Translations under genes and position numbers: made by a program | Shown: positions 18,271 through 27,476 of the stretch, piece by piece | Layout: each line of letters begins with the position of its first letter | How positions within the stretch are numbered: the stretch's first letter is position 1 | Virus record (IMG/VR): IMGVR_UViG_3300028591_000125 | DNA: 64,000 nucleotides | Source: a virus | Lineage: Duplodnaviria > Heunggongvirae > Uroviricota > Caudoviricetes | Reading direction: 5' to 3' (one strand) | The notes under the pieces: generated by a model | Told to the model about the DNA's origin: nothing | Database searches by the model: none | What the model saw: only the letters and a program-made list of their open reading frames with translations

Positions 18271-20949
18271 CTATTTTTTAAATTTAACACAGACTTTTTC
18301 TTCCTTATCAAGATTTACGTCAACCTTGCTTTTTCCGCCCGTCGATTCTTCAAGTAGTTTATCACAAATAGGATCTTCAACCCATTTTGCAATACCTCTA
18401 CTTAAATCTCTAGCTCCATAATTCAGATCAAGCTCGGAGATAATTTTATCACGAACAGAATCAGAAACAGTTAAAGTAAATCCTTTTCCCTTTAATCTAT
18501 CTGCAAGTTTCTTAAGCTCAAGAACATAAATCTTTTTCATCTCTTCTTTGCCTAAGCTATTAAAGATTACTATTCCTGAAAAACGATTTATAACTTCAGG
18601 ACGGATTCTCTTCTTAATAGCTTTCATAACAATTTCTTTTGTCATAGCTTTCTTATCTTCAAGACCAAATCCAATTCCTTTTCCGTGAGCCTCTAATTCT
18701 CTAGTTCCATCGTTACTAGTGAATATAAAGATACAATCCTTAAAACTAACTTCTATACCATTACTAAGCGTTATAAATCCGGTTGTCAAGATATTAAGGA
18801 AGATAGTATTTAAGATCTCATCACACAACTTATCAGCCTCATCAACTAAGATTAATTGTTGTGGTCTTTCTCTTACTTTATCGAAAAGAGCCACTTCACC
18901 AAATCCTACATAACTCGGAGGTGCACCAATCAATTTAGTTACAGTATGAGGTTGACTGAGTTCTCCACAATCTATTCTTAACATAGCTTTCTCAGATCCA
19001 AAAATCGTCTTAGCTATTTCTTCAGCCAAATAAGTTTTTCCAGTTCCAGTACCTCCCGAAATATAGAGACTTGGTGGAATATTCTCATCACGAAGGCCTA
19101 AGAATTGTTTTGAAAGAAGTTTAGTTACTACCTCAATACACTCATCCTGACCAATAATACGCCCTTTCAAAGTTTCCGACATTGATCTGAGCTTATCTAT
19201 ATCCGGACTTAGTATTTTTTCTATCGGGACATTAACAAGCTCTGAAACTACCGTCGCTACATCTTCGGGCGTAACTTCGGTCTTTTTACGTGTAGCTTTT
19301 AATTCCTCTAATCTAGTTTCAAGTTCTTTCTGCTTGCTTCTTTCATCAGCTGCTCTATCATAATCTTCTTTTTCCAGATACTTGACTTTCTTCTCTTTAA
19401 CCTTCTCTATTTTTTCGACAAGTGCTTTTTCTCTAGATGAATCTATAGGCCGTTCAAGTTTAGCACGAGCACCAGAAACATCCATCAAATCAATAGCACG
19501 GTCTGGACTATTTCTATCGTACAAATATTTTTCAGAAAGTCTAACACAAGTCATTAGAATATCATCAGAATACTCAACTCCATGATACTCTGAATATTTC
19601 TCCTTAAGTCCTTTCAGTATTTCAAAAGTTTCTTCTTTACTAGGCTCTTCTATATAAACTTTCTGGAATCTTCTTTTAAGTGCACCATCCTTTTCTATAT
19701 ACTTCTTATATTCATCATAAGTAGTCATAGCAATAAGAGTAAGTTCACCTCTAGACAATCCAGGTTTAAGCATTTGAGATATATCAGAAGAACCCTCAGA
19801 AACAGCTGCATGAAATTCATCCACAACTAAAATTATGTTTCTATTATTAGTCGCTTCTTTACATACATCCTGAATTCTTTGCTCGAGTTGACCTCTATAC
19901 ATACATCCAGCTGTTAATGTTGTAACTGAAAGACTAATAATTTTCTTTCCCTTTAGTTGATTTGGAACATCGTCGTTTGAAATCTTTTGAGCTAGATATT
20001 CAATAAGAGCTGTTTTTCCTGCACCAGCCTTACCAATAACCATAGCATTGTTTTTCTTACGACAACAAAGTATTTCAATAATCTGATTTACTTCTTTTTC
20101 TCTTCCAATTACCTTATCGTATTTTCCATCTTTAGCGAGTTGAGTCATATTAATACCAAACTCATCTAAAGCGGGCGTTGAAGAATTAGGATCAGTTTTC
20201 TTAGTGTGTATATCTTTTACCTGACCAGCTTTTTCAAACTCCTCAGAATTATACTCACCACTTCCACTTCCTTCTTTTGAATCATTGTCGGAACTTGAAC
20301 CAGTTGGAAAACCTGGGAATCCTAAAGACTTTGCTAAATCTCCAAATCCCATACTTTCTAAGAACTTTCCGAAATTAGCCATATCATCATCGCTTATTTT
20401 TCCTTCATCAGCTTTAGATTCATTAACACCTAAAACTTGATGAGAAATAGTTTCAAATAAACTTGATACATAAGGCTGTTTACTAAATCCGTGAATAATA
20501 AGTTCCTTAACATAATCCAAGTTATCATCATCGTAAAGAATACTCAGAATAAAATCATCCAACACATTATCTTCAGGTTTAGTTAATAGCAATCCATAAG
20601 TTTTCAGACTACGAATTCTATTAAGATGCGAATCTAGATTCTTAGAAATTATTAAAGACTCATTAAATATGAGAGAGGATTCTATTTTATGTTCTTTCAT
20701 CGTCTTTCTACTTATTTTCTTAAGCTTAGAAAGAAGATCCTCTTGGTCCTCCTCAGACAACTTCTTCAATAATTTACAAGTAATTTCTCCTCCTTTTACT
20801 TTGAACTTATTATCTATACAGTACTTAATACTGTTATAAACAAAAGTCTCTGTGTAAATTTCCGAACAAAAATTAAGTTTAGATTCTTTTACAGAAATAT
20901 CAAAAACGTCTTTCAATGCTCCTGTAAGTTCAATTCTTGATTCACTCAT
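18271..20949 (-). CDS. ClpA/ClpB/ClpC-like double-AAA+ ATPase (chaperone/unfoldase)
   Basis: Two Walker-A regions are present (VIGKAGAGKTALIEYLA, ISGGTGTGKTYLAEEIA), with a Clp-type second-domain GAPPSYVGF-like segment. The ORF-track Met at 21009 lies inside the promoter motif, so I moved the start to the second Met (MSESRIEL) at 20949. Confidence 0.7.
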   Translation of the reverse strand: MSESRIELTGALKDVFDISVKESKLNFCSEIYTETFVYNSIKYCIDNKFKVKGGEITCKLLKKLSEEDQEDLLSKLKKISRKTMKEHKIESSLIFNESLIISKNLDSHLNRIRSLKTYGLLLTKPEDNVLDDFILSILYDDDNLDYVKELIIHGFSKQPYVSSLFETISHQVLGVNESKADEGKISDDDMANFGKFLESMGFGDLAKSLGFPGFPTGSSSDNDSKEGSGSGEYNSEEFEKAGQVKDIHTKKTDPNSSTPALDEFGINMTQLAKDGKYDKVIGREKEVNQIIEILCCRKKNNAMVIGKAGAGKTALIEYLAQKISNDDVPNQLKGKKIISLSVTTLTAGCMYRGQLEQRIQDVCKEATNNRNIILVVDEFHAAVSEGSSDISQMLKPGLSRGELTLIAMTTYDEYKKYIEKDGALKRRFQKVYIEEPSKEETFEILKGLKEKYSEYHGVEYSDDILMTCVRLSEKYLYDRNSPDRAIDLMDVSGARAKLERPIDSSREKALVEKIEKVKEKKVKYLEKEDYDRAADERSKQKELETRLEELKATRKKTEVTPEDVATVVSELVNVPIEKILSPDIDKLRSMSETLKGRIIGQDECIEVVTKLLSKQFLGLRDENIPPSLYISGGTGTGKTYLAEEIAKTIFGSEKAMLRIDCGELSQPHTVTKLIGAPPSYVGFGEVALFDKVRERPQQLILVDEADKLCDEILNTIFLNILTTGFITLSNGIEVSFKDCIFIFTSNDGTRELEAHGKGIGFGLEDKKAMTKEIVMKAIKKRIRPEVINRFSGIVIFNSLGKEEMKKIYVLELKKLADRLKGKGFTLTVSDSVRDKIISELDLNYGARDLSRGIAKWVEDPICDKLLEESTGGKSKVDVNLDKEEKVCVKFKK

Positions 20950-21041
20950 ATATTTTGTTTTTATTTTATTTTCTCTATGTATAAGGAAATTAGATCCTTC
21001 ACATAGCAAACTGGACTCTGAGTTTTAAATTCCTTATAAGT

Positions 21042-21257
21042 ATGAAGAAGATAAAAAATATTATAAAGAAGTTTTTTAAAAAAGAAAAAGAAAAGACTTC
21101 AGAAAAAACTAAAGAAACTGAGGGAGCTTGCGGTAAGGTTCCTACTGAAATACCACCTACACTTATTAAGCCCAAAGTTTTTAATGATGAGGTAATATTA
21201 AATGATTTCTTAAGAAAACTAAACGTAATTATTAATTCTAATTCAAAAAGAAAATGA
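21042..21257 (+). CDS. small Lys-rich protein
   Basis: 71 aa ORF. Confidence 0.35.
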   Translation: MKKIKNIIKKFFKKEKEKTSEKTKETEGACGKVPTEIPPTLIKPKVFNDEVILNDFLRKLNVIINSNSKRK

Positions 21258-22042
21258 AAAAAACATTTACAATGAAAGAAATTATCCTGCTATCAATAGT
21301 AGGTGTTCTAGCAATTATCATTCTTTCCTGTTCATTCTACACTGTAAAATCAACACAGCGTGGAGTATTGAGCACATTTGGAAAAATTCATGAAACATCA
21401 ATTTCTGATGGACTACATGCAAAAATTCCTTTTGTTCAGTCGGTGAAGAAAGTTAATGTTCAACAAAAGAAATTTGATGGACAAGAGAACTCTTATACAA
21501 AAGATGTTCAAACGGCAGTAGTAGATTATACTATTAACTATGATCTTGTTCGTGAAAATGTAAGTAATCTTATGAAGAATGTTGGTGAAGACTACCACAA
21601 TAGAATCGTAGTACCATTCATTAGAAGTACTATGAAAGATATTTTTGGTAATTATGCAGCAACAGAAATAGTAGCTAATCGAGATAACGTTCGTAGAGAT
21701 ATAGAAAATACACTACGTCATACTCTTGATAGTAATTATTTCATGAATATTCAATTTCAAATTACAGAAATTGATTTTGATGATGCATTTGAAAATGCTA
21801 TTAAAGAAAAACAGGTAGCTGAACAGAATGCATTGAAAGCAAAAAATGTTACTATCCAAGTTGAAGAGCAAGCTAAACAAACTAAGATTAGAGCAGAGGC
21901 CGAAGCTGAGGCAATGAGAATTAAAGCACAGGCCCTTGAACGTAATCAGAAGCTTGTCGAATATGAGGCTGTTCAAAAATGGGATGGACAAATGCCTACA
22001 TATATGATGGGAAATAGTATGCCATTCATAAACTTAAAATAA
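21254..22042 (+). CDS. SPFH/band-7 (prohibitin/HflK-like) membrane protein
   Basis: 262 aa ORF with an N-terminal TM helix. It carries an SPFH core (TVKSTQRGVLSTFGKI...) and an Ala/Glu-rich coiled-coil tail. Confidence 0.65.
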   Translation: MKKTFTMKEIILLSIVGVLAIIILSCSFYTVKSTQRGVLSTFGKIHETSISDGLHAKIPFVQSVKKVNVQQKKFDGQENSYTKDVQTAVVDYTINYDLVRENVSNLMKNVGEDYHNRIVVPFIRSTMKDIFGNYAATEIVANRDNVRRDIENTLRHTLDSNYFMNIQFQITEIDFDDAFENAIKEKQVAEQNALKAKNVTIQVEEQAKQTKIRAEAEAEAMRIKAQALERNQKLVEYEAVQKWDGQMPTYMMGNSMPFINLK

Positions 22043-22043
22043 A

Positions 22044-22325
22044 ATGCCCGTTCTAATTATTCTTATCGTCGCTATTACAATCATCTTAGTTTCTTATATT
22101 CACCATAAGTTTGAATTAATTAAAGAAACCAAAAAGAGTTCAGAGTATCTCAATCTAAAACAATTAAAAGAAACAGTTGAGACACTTACAACAACACTAG
22201 ATGATGTGTGCACTAAAATAGCAGACAAAAATTTTCATCAAGAAGATAGAGTAAAATACAAAGAAACACTTAAAGCAACTTTAGCGAAGTGTAAAGAAGT
22301 GAATGATAGTATTGAGCTCTACTAA
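22044..22325 (+). CDS. hypothetical protein with N-terminal TM helix
   Basis: 93 aa ORF. Confidence 0.45.
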   Translation: MPVLIILIVAITIILVSYIHHKFELIKETKKSSEYLNLKQLKETVETLTTTLDDVCTKIADKNFHQEDRVKYKETLKATLAKCKEVNDSIELY

Positions 22326-22377
22326 TTGAAATAAGATCCTGGATTTTTCTGGGATCTTTTATTTTCCTTATATATAG

Positions 22378-22563
22378 ATGAATGAAAATAAATATACTGT
22401 AGAAGAAAATATTAGCGAAAAAGAAAAGGCCAAAGAATCTGAAAAACCTTATGAGCCTGAATTTGATTTTCTGGCTCTTCTTATTGTCAGTTTAGCCTGG
22501 CCTATAATATTCGCTGTAGATTTGTTTTCTTGGGGATTAAAAAAGATAAGGGATAAAAAATAG
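22378..22563 (+). CDS. small membrane protein
   Basis: 61 aa ORF. Motif TTCCTTATATATAG precedes the ATG. Confidence 0.4.
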   Translation: MNENKYTVEENISEKEKAKESEKPYEPEFDFLALLIVSLAWPIIFAVDLFSWGLKKIRDKK

Positions 22564-22598
22564 CTTGAACCCCTTATATATGAAAAAAATAAAAAACT

Positions 22599-22751
22599 AT
22601 GGAAATTGTAAACATTAAGAAAACAGACAACAACGGAACACTTGAAAAAACCGTTAGCGTAGACCTTTGGGGTCTCGGTATTACTATTCTGATGCTTAGT
22701 CTTTTTGTACCTAGCATCGTAAAAGTAAAACACGTACATAAACAAGGTTAA
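22599..22751 (+). CDS. small membrane protein (50 aa, below ORF-track cutoff)
   Basis: Manual translation MEIVNIKKTDNNGTLEKTVSVDLWGLGITILMLSLFVPSIVKVKHVHKQG with the promoter motif at 22573..22583. Confidence 0.35.
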   Translation: MEIVNIKKTDNNGTLEKTVSVDLWGLGITILMLSLFVPSIVKVKHVHKQG

Positions 22752-22793
22752 GGGGATATAAAAATATATTCCCCTTTTGTTTTCCTTATATAA

Positions 22794-23150
22794 GTGATAG
22801 ATTTAGATTATTTTATTTACAAGAATCTTTTATTTGTTTATTTACCGGACTTAAATCAATTACATTCATCATTCCCTAAAAACAGAGGATTAATTGAAAT
22901 AAACTTAAATAATCATTTAAGAAAAAAATTAAATAAATATCTAGTTTTGTCTTTCTTAAGAAATGTATTATGTGGAAAATATCCTTATGTAAGTAGTGGA
23001 TTAACTGAAGCTCCTTTTTATTATAGAATTAGTAATGAGATACATATTTATAATTCTGATCATGAGGATTATAATAAAATAATATTTACTGCTAATGATG
23101 CAGAAGATTTTAAAGATTGGTTTAAGAATAATGGGTTTGATGTAAAATAA
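22794..23150 (+). CDS. hypothetical protein (GTG start)
   Basis: 118 aa ORF. Motif TTCCTTATATAA precedes the GTG. Confidence 0.4.
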   Translation: MIDLDYFIYKNLLFVYLPDLNQLHSSFPKNRGLIEINLNNHLRKKLNKYLVLSFLRNVLCGKYPYVSSGLTEAPFYYRISNEIHIYNSDHEDYNKIIFTANDAEDFKDWFKNNGFDVK

Positions 23151-23181
23151 TAAAGGTTAGAACTTAATCTAACCTATTTTT

Positions 23182-23526
23182 TTAATTCATGTAAGTATCC
23201 ATAATTGATTTATCTAACATGAATTCAATTTTTGCCAAGTCAGCATTTAAATCAGTAACCTCAAAACATAATCGCTTAGCATACTCATTTAAAATTTGTT
23301 TAACTTTTGCAAATACTTTTACAGATGCTCTTCTCTCTGCAAGGTGTTCTCCAAACTTTTTATCAAATTCATCATCTGGATGACACTTCGCTTGATCTTT
23401 AACAGAAAACTCAACAACTCTATCCTCTTGAGCTTTTCCACACAGATACGGAACAAACTTGCACTTAATTGTACAAATAGTTTTGTTGTCTACCTGTTCA
23501 AAACTAGATTCTTGATAAATTTTCAT
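23182..23526 (-). CDS. hypothetical protein
   Basis: 114 aa ORF with promoter motif at 23556..23570. Confidence 0.5.
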   Translation of the reverse strand: MKIYQESSFEQVDNKTICTIKCKFVPYLCGKAQEDRVVEFSVKDQAKCHPDDEFDKKFGEHLAERRASVKVFAKVKQILNEYAKRLCFEVTDLNADLAKIEFMLDKSIMDTYMN

Positions 23527-23602
23527 AATACATGTATTTAAATTTATATTTTACATATATAAGAATTTGAATGCCTTATAACTGTGAAAAACATATTATA
23601 AA

Positions 23603-23992
23603 ATGGAAGTCGATAAATTATTTAAAGACTGGGAAGATCTTCTCTGTTTAGTTTTAGAAGAGTCTGAAGATGATTCCTATAAGAAAATAGAATTGACTCT
23701 AGAAAAATATAGAGAACAAACTAATGACATGATTGAAAGATATAAGAATGGATATTTTGACTTTAATGTAATGATCGCATTCTATATTTCTTTAGTTATG
23801 TTTGAATCTACTGGAATGGAAAAACTAAAAGACTTAGATGAATATGAAGTTGCAGAACGATTAGATGATTTTTGGGTTAGATATCTAAAGAAACCTGCTA
23901 GATCGTTTGTAGCTAAACATGGATTGTCACCTATTAATGCTAACGTAGATACATTAGGTGTTTCATTTAGACTAATAAAAAGAACACTATGA
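23603..23992 (+). CDS. hypothetical protein
   Basis: 129 aa ORF. Confidence 0.5.
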   Translation: MEVDKLFKDWEDLLCLVLEESEDDSYKKIELTLEKYREQTNDMIERYKNGYFDFNVMIAFYISLVMFESTGMEKLKDLDEYEVAERLDDFWVRYLKKPARSFVAKHGLSPINANVDTLGVSFRLIKRTL

Positions 23993-24432
23993 AAAATTTT
24001 AATCAATTTCGTTTAGGTAATCGTGTCCTAATTGATGAAAGGCTTTTAGGAACTGATATGATGGAGGAAGGATTTATTAAAGAAATTTCTGGACTTCAAT
24101 TAAAAATAAAACATAGAAAAAGTTTTATTGATTATGATTGTAACTCAAGTCAGGTATATCCAATTGAACTTACTGATGGAGTTTTAGTTTCTTTAGGATT
24201 CACGAATAGAAGCATGGTTGATTCTACAGGAACAAAAATAGAAGATAAAGTTTGTACGACAGATCAGATTGAAAACAGTTGGTATCTTTTATCTATAATT
24301 GAAAAAAATGATAAAAAATTTCTAACTGTATATGAAAACGGAAAAGACGTTATAGGATCTGGATTTGTTAATACACTTCATAAACTTCAGAACCTAGTTT
24401 TTGATATCACTGATGGAAAAGTTCAGTTGTAG
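23989..24432 (+). CDS. hypothetical protein
   Basis: 147 aa ORF. Confidence 0.5.
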   Translation: MKNFNQFRLGNRVLIDERLLGTDMMEEGFIKEISGLQLKIKHRKSFIDYDCNSSQVYPIELTDGVLVSLGFTNRSMVDSTGTKIEDKVCTTDQIENSWYLLSIIEKNDKKFLTVYENGKDVIGSGFVNTLHKLQNLVFDITDGKVQL

Positions 24433-24443
24433 TAAAATAAAAA

Positions 24444-24471
24444 GAAGGATTAATTTCCTTCTTCTTTTTTT
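24444..24471. terminator. bidirectional intrinsic terminator
   Basis: Hairpin GAAGGATTAATTTCCTTC flanked by A-run and T-run. It overlaps the last codons of 24450..25121. Confidence 0.55.
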
Positions 24472-25121
24472 ATTAACCAAGAATAAATTTGATCTGCTAA
24501 TTCATCTTGAACCAATTCTTTCTCAGTTACATCAATTGGATTATAATATAAATCTCTTCTATCAATCCAAACTACAATCGGATAAAGTAATCTTTCCGAA
24601 TCTGTTACTTTTATTGATATTTCTTTTTCTTCTTTATAATAATCCTTCAAAACTTCCCATTTTTCCCATTTCAATCTAACACTTTCTATTCCTTCCCCTG
24701 GTTTATTCTGTTGTACCTCTTCTATCTTTTCTAAATCAGGAAGATTATTAAAGTGCTCTATATTATTTACATGAGCAATAAATCTTTTTATAGCAAGTGG
24801 TCCTGTCTCTGAAATAATTAAAACTAAGTCATCTTCTCCTTCTACGGCCATTATATTCTTTTCCCAAGAAAAACAATTACCTGGTTTCAATTGTGGTGGG
24901 TTCCCTAGAAAATCTGGTAATGGAGTTCTTTTCTCTCTCTGCTCCTCTTTACCATCAATTTCTACAGTTTCCGTTTCTACTTTCTCAGGCCAAATACAAC
25001 TAGACCAATTTATCAAGGAATTTAATTTCCCTAGTATACCTTTTTCTTTTACAGCATACATTCCTTTTCCACAACCACATTTATAAGATTGTGCCGTAAT
25101 TACTATGTTTTCTAATTTCAT
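24450..25121 (-). CDS. hypothetical protein
   Basis: 223 aa ORF, last gene of a three-gene minus-strand operon. Confidence 0.5.
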   Translation of the reverse strand: MKLENIVITAQSYKCGCGKGMYAVKEKGILGKLNSLINWSSCIWPEKVETETVEIDGKEEQREKRTPLPDFLGNPPQLKPGNCFSWEKNIMAVEGEDDLVLIISETGPLAIKRFIAHVNNIEHFNNLPDLEKIEEVQQNKPGEGIESVRLKWEKWEVLKDYYKEEKEISIKVTDSERLLYPIVVWIDRRDLYYNPIDVTEKELVQDELADQIYSWLIKKEEGN

Positions 25122-25909
25122 TTTGTAGTTATTATATTTGTTTTAATATTTTTCTCTATGAACTTTTTATATGCAGGTATAATTAAAGGATGTAATGATC
25201 TAAACAATCCTACATAAAAACCTATAGCATCTTCATCTTTATGCTTATATACAAAATTCAAAAAATTAAAAACATTATTAAATCCAGATCCCATACTCCC
25301 TACTGGAAATAATGTCTCACTCCATGGAAGTTTTACTTTAATAAATTTTAAAAGAGGAGGCTCATCTTTGTTTATAATCAATTCTTCACAAGAATCTTGA
25401 AATAATACCGGCAAACAACTATTCAAAAACTTTAATTGATTAGGATCAATGAGATTAATCTCATCATAAGAAGCAGGTGAACTAGTATTTAAAGGTATTA
25501 TTCGTAAGCAATCTAAAACTTCTTTAGGTATACCTTTAAATACATCAATTTTAGAAAAACTAGTAAAATCATCAATACTTACCTCATTTACATGTATAAT
25601 CTCTAATGTCTCTCTATCTATTACTAAGATATAATTAATTATATAGTTATCACATTTACTTACCCAATCCCACTTCGCCGTTGAAATATTTTCTAATCTA
25701 AAAAGTATTTCTAACTTTTCTGTCAATACCTTAAGCGTATGTGGCATTGAACCTGGAATATCAAAATTCACATGATAAGTATCATATTGACAAGCTATTT
25801 TATTTAATAGATAAAGATAGTTTATTACAACAGATTCTTCTTCAATTATCGTTATCTTAGGCTCTCTTTTAAATATTAAATTATTATCGAAGTATATTTC
25901 ATCAATCAT
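25118..25909 (-). CDS. hypothetical protein
   Basis: 263 aa ORF with ATGA overlap on both sides. Confidence 0.5.
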   Translation of the reverse strand: MIDEIYFDNNLIFKREPKITIIEEESVVINYLYLLNKIACQYDTYHVNFDIPGSMPHTLKVLTEKLEILFRLENISTAKWDWVSKCDNYIINYILVIDRETLEIIHVNEVSIDDFTSFSKIDVFKGIPKEVLDCLRIIPLNTSSPASYDEINLIDPNQLKFLNSCLPVLFQDSCEELIINKDEPPLLKFIKVKLPWSETLFPVGSMGSGFNNVFNFLNFVYKHKDEDAIGFYVGLFRSLHPLIIPAYKKFIEKNIKTNIITTK

Positions 25910-26751
25910 AAGTTTCTATTTTTTATAAACTTAGTAAATTGATCTAAATTCATAAATCCTCCTGCAACTCCTTTATGTCCACCTCCTGAATAATGGTCTT
26001 TCATATACTGTCCACAATTAAATTCAGGAACTCTATCTGGATTTGATGAGAGTGTGAATTTGAATTTTCCGGAAGCATCAAAAGTACCAAATACAAAAAG
26101 ATCATATTCAGAATAAACACAATCAAACTGTAATGATGTTTTTACTGGAGTTATCAAACAAATTCCTTTATACAGATTATTTACAGTGATTGGGATACTA
26201 GAGCTTTTTACTATATTCTCCCAGTCTTGCTTTAGATACTTTAGAATAAGCTTACCTTCTAATAATAAATCGGCCGGCTCAAAATCTAAAATTTCGTCTG
26301 GTAATTCTAGGCCGTATCTTGTTCTCAGCGCATATTGAAACGGTAATACTTCAGAAATCCATCCAAACCGAGCTTTATCAAACACATCATAGGCGCTGAT
26401 AAATTCTACGGCCTTAGGTACAGACGTCTTCATAAAATATTCCCAGGCTAATTCACACGCCCCTCTTCCGATTTCTCTTTTACCGGGAACATCAGAATAG
26501 CCAAAACTTTCTGAATCTTTAACGGCTGTAATATGATGATCTACCCACTCTAATTTTGATTTCAGTTCTAACATATTTTGAACTGGAAAACTTATATCAA
26601 CCATAACAATTTTTTCATATCGATCTAAGTTCTCTGGTATAGGATCACCATAAGTCCATCCTAAAGTCTCTGCTTCGGGATAATGTCTTTGTGTGATTAA
26701 TCTAGAACAAATACCATCAAAATCTACTGAATGATAAATAATTAAAATCAT
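25906..26751 (-). CDS. DHH-family phosphoesterase (NrnA/RecJ-like fold)
   Basis: 281 aa ORF with IYHSVDFDG...MVDISF...DHH in the order of DHH motifs I-III. Confidence 0.55.
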   Translation of the reverse strand: MILIIYHSVDFDGICSRLITQRHYPEAETLGWTYGDPIPENLDRYEKIVMVDISFPVQNMLELKSKLEWVDHHITAVKDSESFGYSDVPGKREIGRGACELAWEYFMKTSVPKAVEFISAYDVFDKARFGWISEVLPFQYALRTRYGLELPDEILDFEPADLLLEGKLILKYLKQDWENIVKSSSIPITVNNLYKGICLITPVKTSLQFDCVYSEYDLFVFGTFDASGKFKFTLSSNPDRVPEFNCGQYMKDHYSGGGHKGVAGGFMNLDQFTKFIKNRNL

Positions 26752-26800
26752 ATTATATTTTATTTCTATCTATAAGGCTTTTAAATTCCTAATATATGTT

Positions 26801-27064
26801 ATGAAAAAGAAAAATGTAATAGAGTTTTTATGTCAGAGTGGAACGATCTGGCTTGTCTTAAGTAATTTAATTAGTACTAATTCGTGTAATTCTATTGAAA
26901 ATTGCAAAAGAAATTTAAGATTAATTGATGAACTAATTCAAGACCTAGATGATACAAAAGATATATTACTAGAAGATAAAGAGAAAATAAAAGAATTACT
27001 AGAAGAAGGAAAAGCGATTATACAACAAAAACTAGATGAATATGAAAAAAATAAGAAGGATTAA
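26801..27064 (+). CDS. hypothetical protein
   Basis: 87 aa ORF. Motif TTCCTAATATATGTTATG. Its stop codon TAA lies in the terminator loop. Confidence 0.45.
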   Translation: MKKKNVIEFLCQSGTIWLVLSNLISTNSCNSIENCKRNLRLIDELIQDLDDTKDILLEDKEKIKELLEEGKAIIQQKLDEYEKNKKD

Positions 27065-27080
27065 TTTCCTTCTTTTATTT
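27055..27080. terminator. intrinsic terminator (bidirectional)
   Basis: GAAGGATTAATTTCCTTC followed by T-run. Same hairpin as at 24444. Confidence 0.55.
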
Positions 27081-27460
27081 TATTACTTCTGCGCCCCTAT
27101 TATAAATTTCATTTTTTATTTACTAGGTCTAAATATCGATATAAAAATGTTGTCATTATGTTTCCGGTTTTTGTTTTCACATCGACCTATACTCCAGGAA
27201 ATATTTCATTCCCTTCGCAACAACTTAGTAAACATCTTTAGTGTTCTCGTCCCCCTAACTGCGCAGAAGTGTGTTGATACTAGGGGGTTATGTACACAAT
27301 TGGAAAAACCACTCGACTGATATTCTTATTGGAAATAATATTTTTTATCTAAATTTATATATATGTTTATTTTTAATATTAATATTACCATTTATCATAT
27401 ATATAATTGTCTTCTATTATCTCCTAATATCACCTGATCAATATTAATAAGCCAACTATG
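27075..27460 (-). ncRNA. candidate non-coding RNA
   Basis: Minus-strand promoter motif at 27462..27476 with no ORF longer than 20 codons. Long-loop hairpin CCCCCTA...TAGGGGG at 27250..27290. It ends at the 27055 terminator. Confidence 0.35.
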
Positions 27461-27476
27461 TACATATATAAGGATT

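Noticed and set aside
27036-27320. ORF 27036..27320(+), 94 aa
   Set aside because: It begins inside a terminator hairpin, has low-complexity hydrophobic composition and no start motif. The region is better explained as a minus-strand non-coding unit.
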